A stretch of 63,453 bases of DNA, filler included. It is 3 parts of 3 records of this genome, joined end to end, with 100 filler letters (N's around TTAATTAATTAA, not from the genome) between each part and the next. Parts side by side here need not be neighbours in the genome. Positions count along the whole stretch, not along the records: positions 31,033 to 58,095 come from SRR22947727_2446; positions 58,196 to 63,453 come from SRR22947727_2517; 1 more part is not named here. The stretch is one strand, 5' to 3'. Position numbers and translations under genes: made by a program. Of this stretch, positions 51,219 through 60,868 are shown one piece after another. The first letter of the stretch is position 1. The number at the start of each line of letters is the position of its first letter. A model generated the notes under the pieces. It saw only the letters and a list, made by a program, of their open reading frames with translations, ran no database searches and was not told the origin of the DNA.

Positions 51219-52349
51219 TTATTTAGCCCTCACTTCATGTGCAATAGTATCAGGATTGTCAGGATTAAAAATTTCATTAGCCCAAAGCATGACTATTATC
51301 TCTTCCTTACCAATATTGGTAATATCATGTGACCATCCTGGTACTGTTTCAACGATTTTCAGTTCGTCACTGGAGGTAATAATTTCATAACTTTTATCAG
51401 AAATAATGTGCCTAAAACCAAACTTTGCCTTGCCCTTAACAACTAAAAACTTTTCAGTTTTAGAATGGTGATAATGTCCACCCCTTGTTACACCTGAACC
51501 TGCAGTAAAAAATGAAAACTGACCACTATCCTTTGTTTTTAACATTTCTGCAAACATTCCACGCTCATCACCATATGTTGGTATTGAATAGGCAAATTGC
51601 TCAGGAGGAATATAGCTGAGATATGTTGAATAGAGTTTACTAACAAGTCCACTGCCAACCCTTTCAGTGATAAGCGAATCTCGACTCTGTTTAAATATTT
51701 TAATCTGATCGACTAAATCGCATAATTTAATTTTATATTCAGGTTGAACTGACAGCTTATTTTTAACATCTTTCTCCATTTGTATTATCCTTACAAATTC
51801 TTTAACAACGTCATCTATATAAACTAAATTCAACTCCAAAGACGGGTCGTTAACTTGTATAGGAAGATCATGACTTATGTTATGACAAAATGTAGCAACG
51901 ACAGAGTTGTAATTAGGCTTACACCATTTACCAAACACCCCAGGCAATCGATACACATACACAGGACAATCTGTATCAATCTCAAGTGCTTTTGCAAAAA
52001 GCTCAGCATCTAACTTACTTTTACCATATGCATTGTTAAGATCAGCTTGAGAAGACGATGCCAAGATAATTGATATCTTATTGCCTGAAGACCTCACAGC
52101 TTCACAAATAGATTCAGTCAATCCAGCATTAACGATATCAAAATCTTTTTCGGCTTTAGGTCTATTCTCCCCCGCCAAGTGAACAATACAATCAATGTCT
52201 TTAATAAGACCATCTAAATCTTGAATTGAGTTCTTGCGTGTATAGGTTGCAACATTGATATCCAATTCATTCAAACGAACAATCAAATTTTTACCAATAA
52301 AGCCATGTGCGCCTGTAACTAATACATTCATATTACTCCTCAGGATCAA
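51219..52349 (-). CDS. fnlB: UDP-L-FucNAc pathway reductase/epimerase with a cupin domain (WbjC/Cap5F)
   Basis: HLAGENRP, YGKSK, FGKWCKPNYNSVVATFC, TRGGHYHHSKTEKF. Confidence 0.92.
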   Translation of the reverse strand: MILRSNMNVLVTGAHGFIGKNLIVRLNELDINVATYTRKNSIQDLDGLIKDIDCIVHLAGENRPKAEKDFDIVNAGLTESICEAVRSSGNKISIILASSSQADLNNAYGKSKLDAELFAKALEIDTDCPVYVYRLPGVFGKWCKPNYNSVVATFCHNISHDLPIQVNDPSLELNLVYIDDVVKEFVRIIQMEKDVKNKLSVQPEYKIKLCDLVDQIKIFKQSRDSLITERVGSGLVSKLYSTYLSYIPPEQFAYSIPTYGDERGMFAEMLKTKDSGQFSFFTAGSGVTRGGHYHHSKTEKFLVVKGKAKFGFRHIISDKSYEIITSSDELKIVETVPGWSHDITNIGKEEIIVMLWANEIFNPDNPDTIAHEVRAK

Positions 52350-53373
52350 TAATCTCGCCTTTAGAGGCGGCCTGGATAAACTTTAATTTATTAAGTAGTA
52401 TCCTCATGCCTTCAATATCCAATCGTACAGTATTATCTGAATTATACTCATCTGAATTAGTAATACTTTTCTCACCCAGATCTATATATTTAGCATAATT
52501 TAAATCTCTTAGGTCAGGAGGGATTCTGTAGTAATCACCCATATCATCAGCACATGACATTTCTTCTCTTGACAATAAAGACTCATATCGTTTTTCACCA
52601 TGCCTTGTTCCAATAACCCGAGTTGGGTAATTAGGCTTACCCATTAATTCACATAATGCTTGGGTCATTACACTAACTGTCGCTGCAGGTGCTTTTTGCA
52701 CAAAAATATCTCCAGGATTGGCATTATTAAAAGCGAATAAAACAAGATCAACTGCATCATCCAAAGTCATCATAAAACGTGTCATATTTGGATCCGTAAT
52801 TGTTAACTTTTTATTTTTATTAATAAGCTCTACAAACAAAGGAATAACTGAGCCTCTTGATGCCATTACATTGCCGTATCGGGTGCAACAGATTACGGTA
52901 GAATCACCACCCAGCCTAGATTTTGCAACAATGACTTTTTCCATCAATGCCTTGGAAATACCCATGGCGTTGATTGGGTATACTGCTTTATCAGTACTTA
53001 AACAGATCACACTCTTCACACTCGCATTTATAGCAGCAGTTAAAACATTTTCGGTGCCTATAATATTTGTCTTTACAGCTTCAATTGGGTGAAATTCACA
53101 CGACGGGACCTGTTTTAATGCAGCAGAATGAAATATATAATTCACACCTCTAACGGCATTCATAATTGAATCATAATCTCTAACATCTCCAATATAAAAC
53201 TTAATGCGATCGTCAGAATATTTTCGTCTCATATCGTCTTGTTTTTTTTCGTCTCGACTAAAAATCCTGATTTCTTTAATATCTAAGTTTAAGAATCTTC
53301 GCAAAACTGCGTTACCAAAAGATCCAGTGCCACCTGTTATCAGTAAAGTATTATCTTTAAAATTATTTTCCAT
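52333..53373 (-). CDS. fnlA: UDP-GlcNAc 4,6-dehydratase/5-epimerase (WbjB/Cap5E)
   Basis: TGGTGSFG, SRDEKKQDDMR, AALKQVPSCEF, STDKAVYP, RYGNVMASRGS. Confidence 0.94.
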   Translation of the reverse strand: MENNFKDNTLLITGGTGSFGNAVLRRFLNLDIKEIRIFSRDEKKQDDMRRKYSDDRIKFYIGDVRDYDSIMNAVRGVNYIFHSAALKQVPSCEFHPIEAVKTNIIGTENVLTAAINASVKSVICLSTDKAVYPINAMGISKALMEKVIVAKSRLGGDSTVICCTRYGNVMASRGSVIPLFVELINKNKKLTITDPNMTRFMMTLDDAVDLVLFAFNNANPGDIFVQKAPAATVSVMTQALCELMGKPNYPTRVIGTRHGEKRYESLLSREEMSCADDMGDYYRIPPDLRDLNYAKYIDLGEKSITNSDEYNSDNTVRLDIEGMRILLNKLKFIQAASKGEIIDPEE

Positions 53374-54133
53374 ATATAAATTCCTCCTTTTGTTGTCGCT
53401 CAGGATAGTTAATTAATACTGCACGATATTTACCTTTAAAAACAAAAAAGCTACCTGCAGCAACGCCCATCAATCCACAATGTTCAACAGCGTCACCCAT
53501 ATCTTTAAGTGATTTTGCGCCACCCATTATAGTTAGAGGCACTCTAATATCATTCTTTAACTGATAAATTATCTTAATAGGATATCCAGCTTCAGTACCA
53601 TCAAAATCAATAAAATTTAAGACAATTTCACCAACGCCTAAATTTTGGATTTGGTGTATAACATCAACCACATTTCTCTTCGTATTATTTAATCCATTAT
53701 GTGTCCATACATTGTAGTTGCTAGATAAAGTTTTTTTCTTCACATCTAAAACTACAACAACACTTTGACGTCCTATTTTATTAGCAATATCTACAATGAG
53801 GCTCGGTTGGTCAAAAACAACAGAACTTAAAGCGACTTTCTCCACACCTAAAGTGATAATTTTTTCAGCATGAGCTAGTGTTTTTATGCCGCCTCCATAG
53901 CACAATGGCATAAGACATTCATTGGCAAGGTGTTCAATCATTTTATAATCTGGTTCTAAGTTATTTACGCTGGCGTCTATGTCTAAAACAATTAATTCGT
54001 CTGCTTCTTTCTCATTAAAAATTCTTACCGCATTAATCGGATCACCAATATATTTAGGATCTTTAAATTTAACAGTCTTTACAAGACCTCCATCTTGAAC
54101 CAATAAACAAGGAGTCACTCTTGACCTTATCAT
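53363..54133 (-). CDS. HisF-like acetamidino modification protein (WbuZ/HisF2)
   Basis: LVKTVKF, GDPINAVRIFNEKE, YGGGI, AAGSFFVFKG. Confidence 0.9.
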   Translation of the reverse strand: MIRSRVTPCLLVQDGGLVKTVKFKDPKYIGDPINAVRIFNEKEADELIVLDIDASVNNLEPDYKMIEHLANECLMPLCYGGGIKTLAHAEKIITLGVEKVALSSVVFDQPSLIVDIANKIGRQSVVVVLDVKKKTLSSNYNVWTHNGLNNTKRNVVDVIHQIQNLGVGEIVLNFIDFDGTEAGYPIKIIYQLKNDIRVPLTIMGGAKSLKDMGDAVEHCGLMGVAAGSFFVFKGKYRAVLINYPERQQKEEFIYGK

Positions 54134-54753
54134 ATCTCTAACTCTGCAAAATTCTTAAGCAAGTTAACACCAAAGTGATGGCTTTTTTCTGGATGGAATT
54201 GCACACCAAAAATATTTCCATTATTTATAGCACAACAAAAGTTTGAACTGTAGTTAGTGCTTGCAATACAATTTTCTTGAGTCATAAAGTCAAAATAATA
54301 AGAATGTAAAAAATAGAATTCTAAACCATCAGAATCAATATTTTTAAATAACACATTATGATTCGGAATCACGCTATTCCATCCCATGTGTGGGAGTGGC
54401 AAATTATTATCTAACTTAACAATTGATTCAAGACTCTTGATAGTGCCACTAATCCAACCAAGCCCGGGTTCAACGCCTTCTTCACTTGAATTTGCCATTA
54501 TTTGCATACCAACACAAATACCAAGTATGGGAACATTATCCTGCAACACAAGACTCTCGACTTTTTCTCTCATGCCTGAGCCATTAAAGCTTTGCATTGC
54601 ATAATCAAAATGACCAACACCTGGCAAAATTAGTTTACTCGCACCCCTTAAATCATCCTCGCTATTTGCAACTTTAACTTCTATATGTAATTTCTTATAG
54701 ATATTTAAGAATGCTTGGATATTGCCTAGACCATAATCGATTATCGTAATCAC
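54130..54753 (-). CDS. HisH-like glutaminase (WbuY/HisH2)
   Basis: DYGLGN, PGVG, GICVGMQ, PHMGW, QFHPEKS. Confidence 0.9.
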   Translation of the reverse strand: MITIIDYGLGNIQAFLNIYKKLHIEVKVANSEDDLRGASKLILPGVGHFDYAMQSFNGSGMREKVESLVLQDNVPILGICVGMQIMANSSEEGVEPGLGWISGTIKSLESIVKLDNNLPLPHMGWNSVIPNHNVLFKNIDSDGLEFYFLHSYYFDFMTQENCIASTNYSSNFCCAINNGNIFGVQFHPEKSHHFGVNLLKNFAELEI

Positions 54754-55895
54754 CTGTATTGTCTACGCTCTAAACCTAAGAGATTCAGGAGCTTTCCGCC
54801 CAAATTGAAAATTTTATATTTATTTTTGTAATCATGGAAACTCTTATTCTCTCCATCAAAAATTTCTTGAAGTCCAGCAACTGATAGGTCGAGTTTATTT
54901 GCAACAAATTCAAATTCTGACTTCATAAATTTATCGCTCATTTCTGGCATCTTTAATCGTTCCATCGCCTCTTCTCTTGTCATTTGACCGGTCATAATTA
55001 AACTTGAGAAATGAGCACGGCGTTTTTCATACCCAAACTTTCTTGGCATCCAGTAATCTTCATAGAAACGAGTAAATCTAGATTCATGATGCTTGTGCTG
55101 AAATGGCTTCCAGCCATATTTTTCAATCAACAAAATCTCGGCATCTTTCTTAACAAAGCGAACAAGGTCTAAAGGCTTAAATACTTTCATTCCTAGAATC
55201 TTATGATAAAAAATCTTATAAATAAAAGCATCTATTATTGGAAAAGTCTTCAACTCTCTTAAACCGAATTGTTTGTGTATGCTGCCAATTAATTTTTTAT
55301 CAATCCCAGGGAACGCACCCCACTCATCCGGCTCTCGACAGCATTCAGTAGAGTAGTTACCACCAGTTAAAACGTATTTAATTTTATTCTGCCTAGCAAA
55401 CTTATAAAGCGCTGAGAAAAATGCAGTATCTTGGGGGATATCTTGGTCAGATATTTGTGACTTTAAAAATGCTACTTGCAAGTCTTGCATCTCCTTCCAG
55501 TTTATTACTTCTGTATAAAGCTCTAGGCCCAAACCATCAACCAGCTTCTCAATATTCCCTACTGCTTGATCGGTATTCCATCCCGCATCAACATGGAATA
55601 GCAAAGGTCTAAGCCCCATTACTTCTTTTGCAATATAAGCGGTATACGAACTATCTAAACCACCACTTAAACCAATAATACAATCAAAATCTTTACCCTT
55701 TCCCTCATGCATTATTTTTTTTGCTACTCTATCTAATTTATAGAGTCCTTTCTTGCCAGAATGCCAATTAGGTTTAATATTGTCTTCAAAATTTTTACAA
55801 TGATCGCAAATACCATCTTTATCAAAGATAATCTTTGAATCACTAGAATCCATGACACATTTTTTACAAATTTTATAACCACCTAGCCTATCCAT
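54750..55895 (-). CDS. N-acetyl sugar amidotransferase (WbuX/WbpG-like)
   Basis: CxxC..CxxC N-terminus, PP-loop SGGLDSS, HVDAGWN, KHHESRFT. Confidence 0.92.
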   Translation of the reverse strand: MDRLGGYKICKKCVMDSSDSKIIFDKDGICDHCKNFEDNIKPNWHSGKKGLYKLDRVAKKIMHEGKGKDFDCIIGLSGGLDSSYTAYIAKEVMGLRPLLFHVDAGWNTDQAVGNIEKLVDGLGLELYTEVINWKEMQDLQVAFLKSQISDQDIPQDTAFFSALYKFARQNKIKYVLTGGNYSTECCREPDEWGAFPGIDKKLIGSIHKQFGLRELKTFPIIDAFIYKIFYHKILGMKVFKPLDLVRFVKKDAEILLIEKYGWKPFQHKHHESRFTRFYEDYWMPRKFGYEKRRAHFSSLIMTGQMTREEAMERLKMPEMSDKFMKSEFEFVANKLDLSVAGLQEIFDGENKSFHDYKNKYKIFNLGGKLLNLLGLERRQYR

Positions 55896-57144
55896 TTTTT
55901 ACTAATCCTTGTAATTTAATCTCTCTTAAAATTTTAGATTTATACTTTTTATACTCAGTTTTATTTATAGCTAAAGGGTGAACAAAAGAACTGATCCCAT
56001 GTTTTTTATATTCCATAACCAAAGTTGATGGGTACGAGACAAGAAAGTCAACCTCGGGGAAAAAGTCTGCTTTAGAAATTAAATGCCACTTTGGGTTGTA
56101 AAATGATATATTTTTTTTCATCGCTGGGTGTGGCTTATAGAAGACTTCAATGTTTTTTTTATGCAAATCAAAGAAAATTTTTTTGTGAAAATCAAGAGAT
56201 AATGGATGTCCTATTATAAGAACGCTTTTATTTGAACACGCTACCCTTTCTAAATTAATTTCAGGTGTAAAAAAAAAATTCTTCAAATTGAAAAATGCAC
56301 TTGAATGAATTACATTTTTTTCAAAAAAATCAAGCGAATTAGTATCATAAACATACAAATAAGAAATGTTTTTTATCATATAGGGCAATTTAAGCTTAGA
56401 AATTGAATTTAGATTATTAACATTTAAACCTAAAATGGCTCCATGTTGGACAATTGTTAGATGGTTTGATGAGTTATATTTTTTATTTCCTTGAGCAACA
56501 CATATATCTGATAAAACTGCCCAACGATCATAATGCTCAGCAATGACCAAATTTGTATTAAACTTTTGAATAACTCTTTTATATAAAAACCATTTAAAAA
56601 CAGTATAAGATTCAAATCCTTCTAAAATTTTACATTCTTGTTGGAAAAATAAATTGGCTTTTAAACTAGCATAAAGAGCAATAAATAAATCCATAAATGT
56701 ATACAACTCACTTGCTTTGTAAATATTTTCATTGGAATTATCTTTTGTTTCGTCATCTAAAAAATTAATAATAACATCTACCTGAAACCCGATAGACTTG
56801 CATGATGCTAAACTTAATGATTTGTCGCAAAAAGCTAGAAATATAGAATTTACTCCTTTAAAGCTTGTACTTCTATTTTTCTCAAAGAAAAATTTTCGTA
56901 ATGTTAAAAACCAACTCAAAATTATAAAAATATAGCTTGCAAAATATCTCCACAATACAGCTAGTATAAGAAATAAAGCTTTAAATCTATAAGGTTTTTT
57001 TATTTTACTTAACCATACATTAGGTCTTGGCGCCCAATACGTATCCACAGAATCAAAACCGATTTCCTTTACAAATCTAGTATCAATTTCAATCTGATTT
57101 TTACACGCGAAGTTAAAAGCTTCAAAGTCAGTATTTTTTTTCAT
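55888..57144 (-). CDS. Unassigned protein, probable GT-B glycosyltransferase
   Basis: EHYDRW, VQHG, YKPHP, SYPST motifs; sits between wzy and wbuX; probable start MKKNTDF at 57144. Confidence 0.6.
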   Translation of the reverse strand: MKKNTDFEAFNFACKNQIEIDTRFVKEIGFDSVDTYWAPRPNVWLSKIKKPYRFKALFLILAVLWRYFASYIFIILSWFLTLRKFFFEKNRSTSFKGVNSIFLAFCDKSLSLASCKSIGFQVDVIINFLDDETKDNSNENIYKASELYTFMDLFIALYASLKANLFFQQECKILEGFESYTVFKWFLYKRVIQKFNTNLVIAEHYDRWAVLSDICVAQGNKKYNSSNHLTIVQHGAILGLNVNNLNSISKLKLPYMIKNISYLYVYDTNSLDFFEKNVIHSSAFFNLKNFFFTPEINLERVACSNKSVLIIGHPLSLDFHKKIFFDLHKKNIEVFYKPHPAMKKNISFYNPKWHLISKADFFPEVDFLVSYPSTLVMEYKKHGISSFVHPLAINKTEYKKYKSKILREIKLQGLVKNG

Positions 57145-58095
57145 TTTTATCCATAAAATTAAAACCTCTTGTAAGATAAAAAAGTACAACCATCATAGGG
57201 TAAAAGTAAAAATCAACGTGATTATATAGACTTCCTCTAAGGTGTGTAATTATAAAAACCATAAATAAAACTGCTATTAACCAATTACCAAGTCCATCAG
57301 ATTTAATCGCCTTTGAATAAAAAAAACCTATTACTGAAAAATATAAAAAAATTAATGGTAGGCCACCAAAAAAACCAAAATTAAGATATAGGTCGGTTTC
57401 TACAGGCCATTGTTCAGTTGCCCTTATTGCCCACGCAGATGGTAAATAAATATCTGTCAAATAATGATTCATATCATAATAGATCATATCTGGATTACCA
57501 AATATCGTTGAAAATTTGTTAAATGGAAGGAAAAAGGTAGTTAGAAAACCAGGTTCAAAATCTCTTAATGAAATAACCAAATTTTCCAATGTTGAGAAAT
57601 AATTTAAAGAATACGGAATAAGTGTATCAAATTCAATCCAAGAAATATTTCTAAAGTAGAGCCCCAAGAAAAAAATAGCTATTATAAAGCTACTTATTAT
57701 TATTGACATGATTGATAAGGGCTTTACGTTTCTAATCCATGGTAATAATGCAATTATCAAAAAAATTGTAATTTGAACCTTACTTCCATGAACAGGAGAA
57801 GTGATTATTAACCAAAATAAAAATAAGAATAAGAGATATAAATTTTTATTTTTAAATGCATAATAACCAGAAAAAATTGCCAGCAAATATGAAAAAAAAT
57901 GTGACAGCACTACATAAATTCCCGTTCCAGATCTATTTAAAAAAGCATCTCCAGGTTTATTTATCCAGAAATCAAATCCGCCACTATTTAAGACTATTAG
58001 AATAATTAGGAAGGTTGATGCCATATATAAAAAAATAAGGTTGCCAGACTTATGATTATTTTTTACTTCATTAAGTCGAGTATTCTTAAAATAAC
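57128..58095 (-). CDS. Probable O-antigen polymerase Wzy, 5'-truncated by the contig end
   Basis: Many TM segments plus a large loop, DLYLNFG motif; the frame stays open from 58024 to the contig edge. Confidence 0.7.
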
Positions 58096-58195
58096 NNNNN
58101 NNNNNNNNNNNNNNNNNNNNNNNNNNNNNNNNNNNNNNNTTAATTAATTAANNNNNNNNNNNNNNNNNNNNNNNNNNNNNNNNNNNNNNNNNNNN
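58096..58195. other. Artificial contig spacer
   Basis: Identical 44 N + TTAATTAATTAA + 44 N. Confidence 0.98.
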
Positions 58196-58223
58196 ATATT
58201 TACTATGCATGCATAGTAAATAT
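58196..58223. repeat. Perfect 28-bp palindrome
   Basis: ATATTTACTATGCATGCATAGTAAATAT equals its own reverse complement. Confidence 0.9.
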
Positions 58224-58408
58224 GAAAACAATGATTTTTGAAATCAATTGATTTTTAGACCTTCAAGTATAAGCGCATTAATTATTTTTAAAGCAATCTG
58301 ATAATTAATGATTTTTACTTGCTCATTTTTTTATATTTGTTAGCGTAGATCTTGGGATTCCTTTTGAGTCTCAGTTAAGTTGAAAAATTCAAAAACACCG
58401 TATATTTT

Positions 58409-59743
58409 ATGGAAACTATTATCCTAATTGTATTTATTGTAGGTTACTTGGCCATTACCTTAGAGCACAACCTTAAAATTGACAAACTAATTCCTGCCTT
58501 GGCCATGATGGCTATTTTATGGGCGATTATAGCTTTAACTCATATGGATGTTTTTGAGGTAGACTCGGCACTCCGCCAATTGGTTCCTACCCATATAGAG
58601 GAGATTTTATTACACCATCTTGGTAAAACTGCAGAGATTTTAGTATTCCTTTTAGGGGCAATGACTATTGTGGAAATTATAGATTATTTTGATGGTTTTG
58701 CTACCATTAAAGGTTTTATAAAATATAAGAAAAAATCTAAATTGCTTTGGTTGTTTTCCATTTTGGCATTTATTTTATCTGCGATTATTGACAACTTAAC
58801 GGCTACAATAGTACTGATCACGATCCTTCAAAAAGTAATTAAGGAAAAGGAAACGCGTATGTGGTTTGCTGGTATGGTGATTATTGCTGCAAATGCTGGA
58901 GGGGCTTGGTCTCCTATTGGAGATGTTACTACAACTATGTTGTGGATTGCCAACAAGGTGTCTGCCTTACAACTGGTGGAACATGTATTATTACCTTCAA
59001 TCGTATGTATGGTAATCCCTACTTTAATCGCTACCCGTTTTAAAGCTTTTCAAGGAAACCTAGATATAGATCCCACAGAAGAAGATGGCCCTAAATCAAG
59101 ACATGGTGCTACCATGCTTTACCTGGGTTTAACAGCCATTGTTTTCGTACCTTTCTTTAAGACCATTACACACTTGCCACCTTATGTGGGTATGATGTTA
59201 TCTTTGGCTGTAGTAGCCACTTTTGCTGAGATATATTCTAGCTCAAAATTCTCTTTATCTGACGTAGATGGTAAGAGTGAGGCGGCTGGTCACCACAGTC
59301 CAGTGCACCACTCATTGTCTAAAATTGAGTTGCCAAGTATTTTATTCTTTTTAGGGATATTGTTGGCTGTTGCAGCTTTAGAATCTCTTGGAATGTTATT
59401 TCATTTCGCAGAGGGTTTAAACGCAGCCATTCCCAATTCAGATGTTGTGGTGCTGTTATTAGGTGCAGGCTCTGCAGTGATTGACAATGTGCCTCTAGTT
59501 GCCGCTAGTATTGGTATGTTCTCTGAAGGATTAGACAATCCTTTGTGGCATTTCATTGCTTATTCTGCAGGAACAGGGGGCAGTATGCTTATTATTGGTT
59601 CCGCTGCTGGTGTTGTAGCTATGGGGATGGAGAAAATAGATTTCTTCTGGTACTTTAAAAATATTGCTTGGTTGGCATTAATTGGCTTCTTAAGTGGTGG
59701 TTTAACATTCATTTTATTACGTGATTTTGTGTTGAACGCATAA
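58409..59743 (+). CDS. nhaD: NhaD-family Na+/H+ antiporter
   Basis: DNLTAT, AANAGGAWSPIGDVTT, DNVPLV, GGSMLIIGSAAGV; TATATTTG element at 58332-58339. Confidence 0.9.
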   Translation: METIILIVFIVGYLAITLEHNLKIDKLIPALAMMAILWAIIALTHMDVFEVDSALRQLVPTHIEEILLHHLGKTAEILVFLLGAMTIVEIIDYFDGFATIKGFIKYKKKSKLLWLFSILAFILSAIIDNLTATIVLITILQKVIKEKETRMWFAGMVIIAANAGGAWSPIGDVTTTMLWIANKVSALQLVEHVLLPSIVCMVIPTLIATRFKAFQGNLDIDPTEEDGPKSRHGATMLYLGLTAIVFVPFFKTITHLPPYVGMMLSLAVVATFAEIYSSSKFSLSDVDGKSEAAGHHSPVHHSLSKIELPSILFFLGILLAVAALESLGMLFHFAEGLNAAIPNSDVVVLLLGAGSAVIDNVPLVAASIGMFSEGLDNPLWHFIAYSAGTGGSMLIIGSAAGVVAMGMEKIDFFWYFKNIAWLALIGFLSGGLTFILLRDFVLNA

Positions 59744-59792
59744 TTTTTTGCATTTTCTTACGTTAGCTTATAAATTAATTTGATTCTATTTT

Positions 59793-60476
59793 ATGCAAGA
59801 TAACTTGGCTAAAAATACCCTAGAGCTTGCAGCTTCTAGTGAGAAAACCCTATCCATTATAGACCTTATTTTTAATGGAGGTGCAGGGAGCGTATTTATT
59901 ATGGGCTTACTTTTTGTCCTCTTGGCGGTAGCACTTTACATCTATTTTGAACGACTTTTTGCTATAAAAGCAGCAGCTAAAATAGACGCTAACTTCATGA
60001 ACCAGATAAAGGATTATATCAGTAATGGTAAAATAGATGCAGCAAAATCACTTTGTTCTCAAACAGACTCACCTGTTGCTAGACTTACTTTAAAAGGGGT
60101 GTCTAGAATAGGAAAGCCTTTGGACGACATTAATACAGCCATTGAGAATGCAGGTACTTTAGAGGTGTATAAATTAGAAAAGAATGTTAGCGTGCTTGCT
60201 ACAGTAGCAGGTGCCGCTCCAATGATTGGATTTTTAGGCACGGTGATTGGAATGATATTGGCCTTTCATGAAATGGCTACCTCTGGTGGTCAGGCAGAAA
60301 TGGGGGCGTTGGCTTCAGGTATATATACCGCAATGACTACTACTGTTGGTGGTTTAGTGGTGGGTATTATAGCCTATATTGGCTACAACCATTTGGTTAA
60401 TATGACCAATAAAGTGGTGCATAGTATGGAAGCTAACGCAGTAGACTTCTTAGACTTATTGAACGAACCTGTCTAG
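59793..60476 (+). CDS. exbB: MotA/TolQ/ExbB proton channel
   Basis: APMIGFLGTVIGMI, GIYTAMTTTVGGL. Confidence 0.9.
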   Translation: MQDNLAKNTLELAASSEKTLSIIDLIFNGGAGSVFIMGLLFVLLAVALYIYFERLFAIKAAAKIDANFMNQIKDYISNGKIDAAKSLCSQTDSPVARLTLKGVSRIGKPLDDINTAIENAGTLEVYKLEKNVSVLATVAGAAPMIGFLGTVIGMILAFHEMATSGGQAEMGALASGIYTAMTTTVGGLVVGIIAYIGYNHLVNMTNKVVHSMEANAVDFLDLLNEPV

Positions 60477-60481
60477 TTTTT

Positions 60482-60868
60482 ATGAAATTAAAAGGTAGAA
60501 ATAAGATCAGTCCAGAATTTAGTATGTCTTCTATGACGGACATTGTGTTTCTGTTGCTTATATTTTTTTTACTTACCTCCAACAGTCCTAATGCGTTAGA
60601 CTTAATACTGCCAAAAGCCAAAGGTAAGACCACTAATACCCAACAGGTTTCAGTGAGTATAGACGCAGATTTAAGGTATTTTTTAAATGAAAAGTTAGTG
60701 GAAAAGAGCCAGTTAGAGGCTGTTTTAATTCAAGAGCTGTCTGCACAAGATGCCCCTACAATTATACTTAGGGCGGCAGAATCCATTGCGATAAAAGAGG
60801 CTGTATTTGTCATGGATGTAGCCAACAGAAACCAATTCAAGGTAATCCTTGCAGTAAGGCCAAATTAA
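60482..60868 (+). CDS. exbD: ExbD/TolR
   Basis: MSSMTDIVFLLLIFF, LP. Confidence 0.9.
   Translation: MKLKGRNKISPEFSMSSMTDIVFLLLIFFLLTSNSPNALDLILPKAKGKTTNTQQVSVSIDADLRYFLNEKLVEKSQLEAVLIQELSAQDAPTIILRAAESIAIKEAVFVMDVANRNQFKVILAVRPN

Noticed and set aside
53363-54753. hisF/hisH as histidine biosynthesis genes
   Set aside because: They follow a WbuX-type amidotransferase in a glycan operon, and no other his genes are nearby.
30503-58095. Middle segment as a genomic island integrated at tmRNA
   Set aside because: The junction is an artificial spacer. The segment begins mid-ispG, carries housekeeping genes, and shows no integrase or att repeat.
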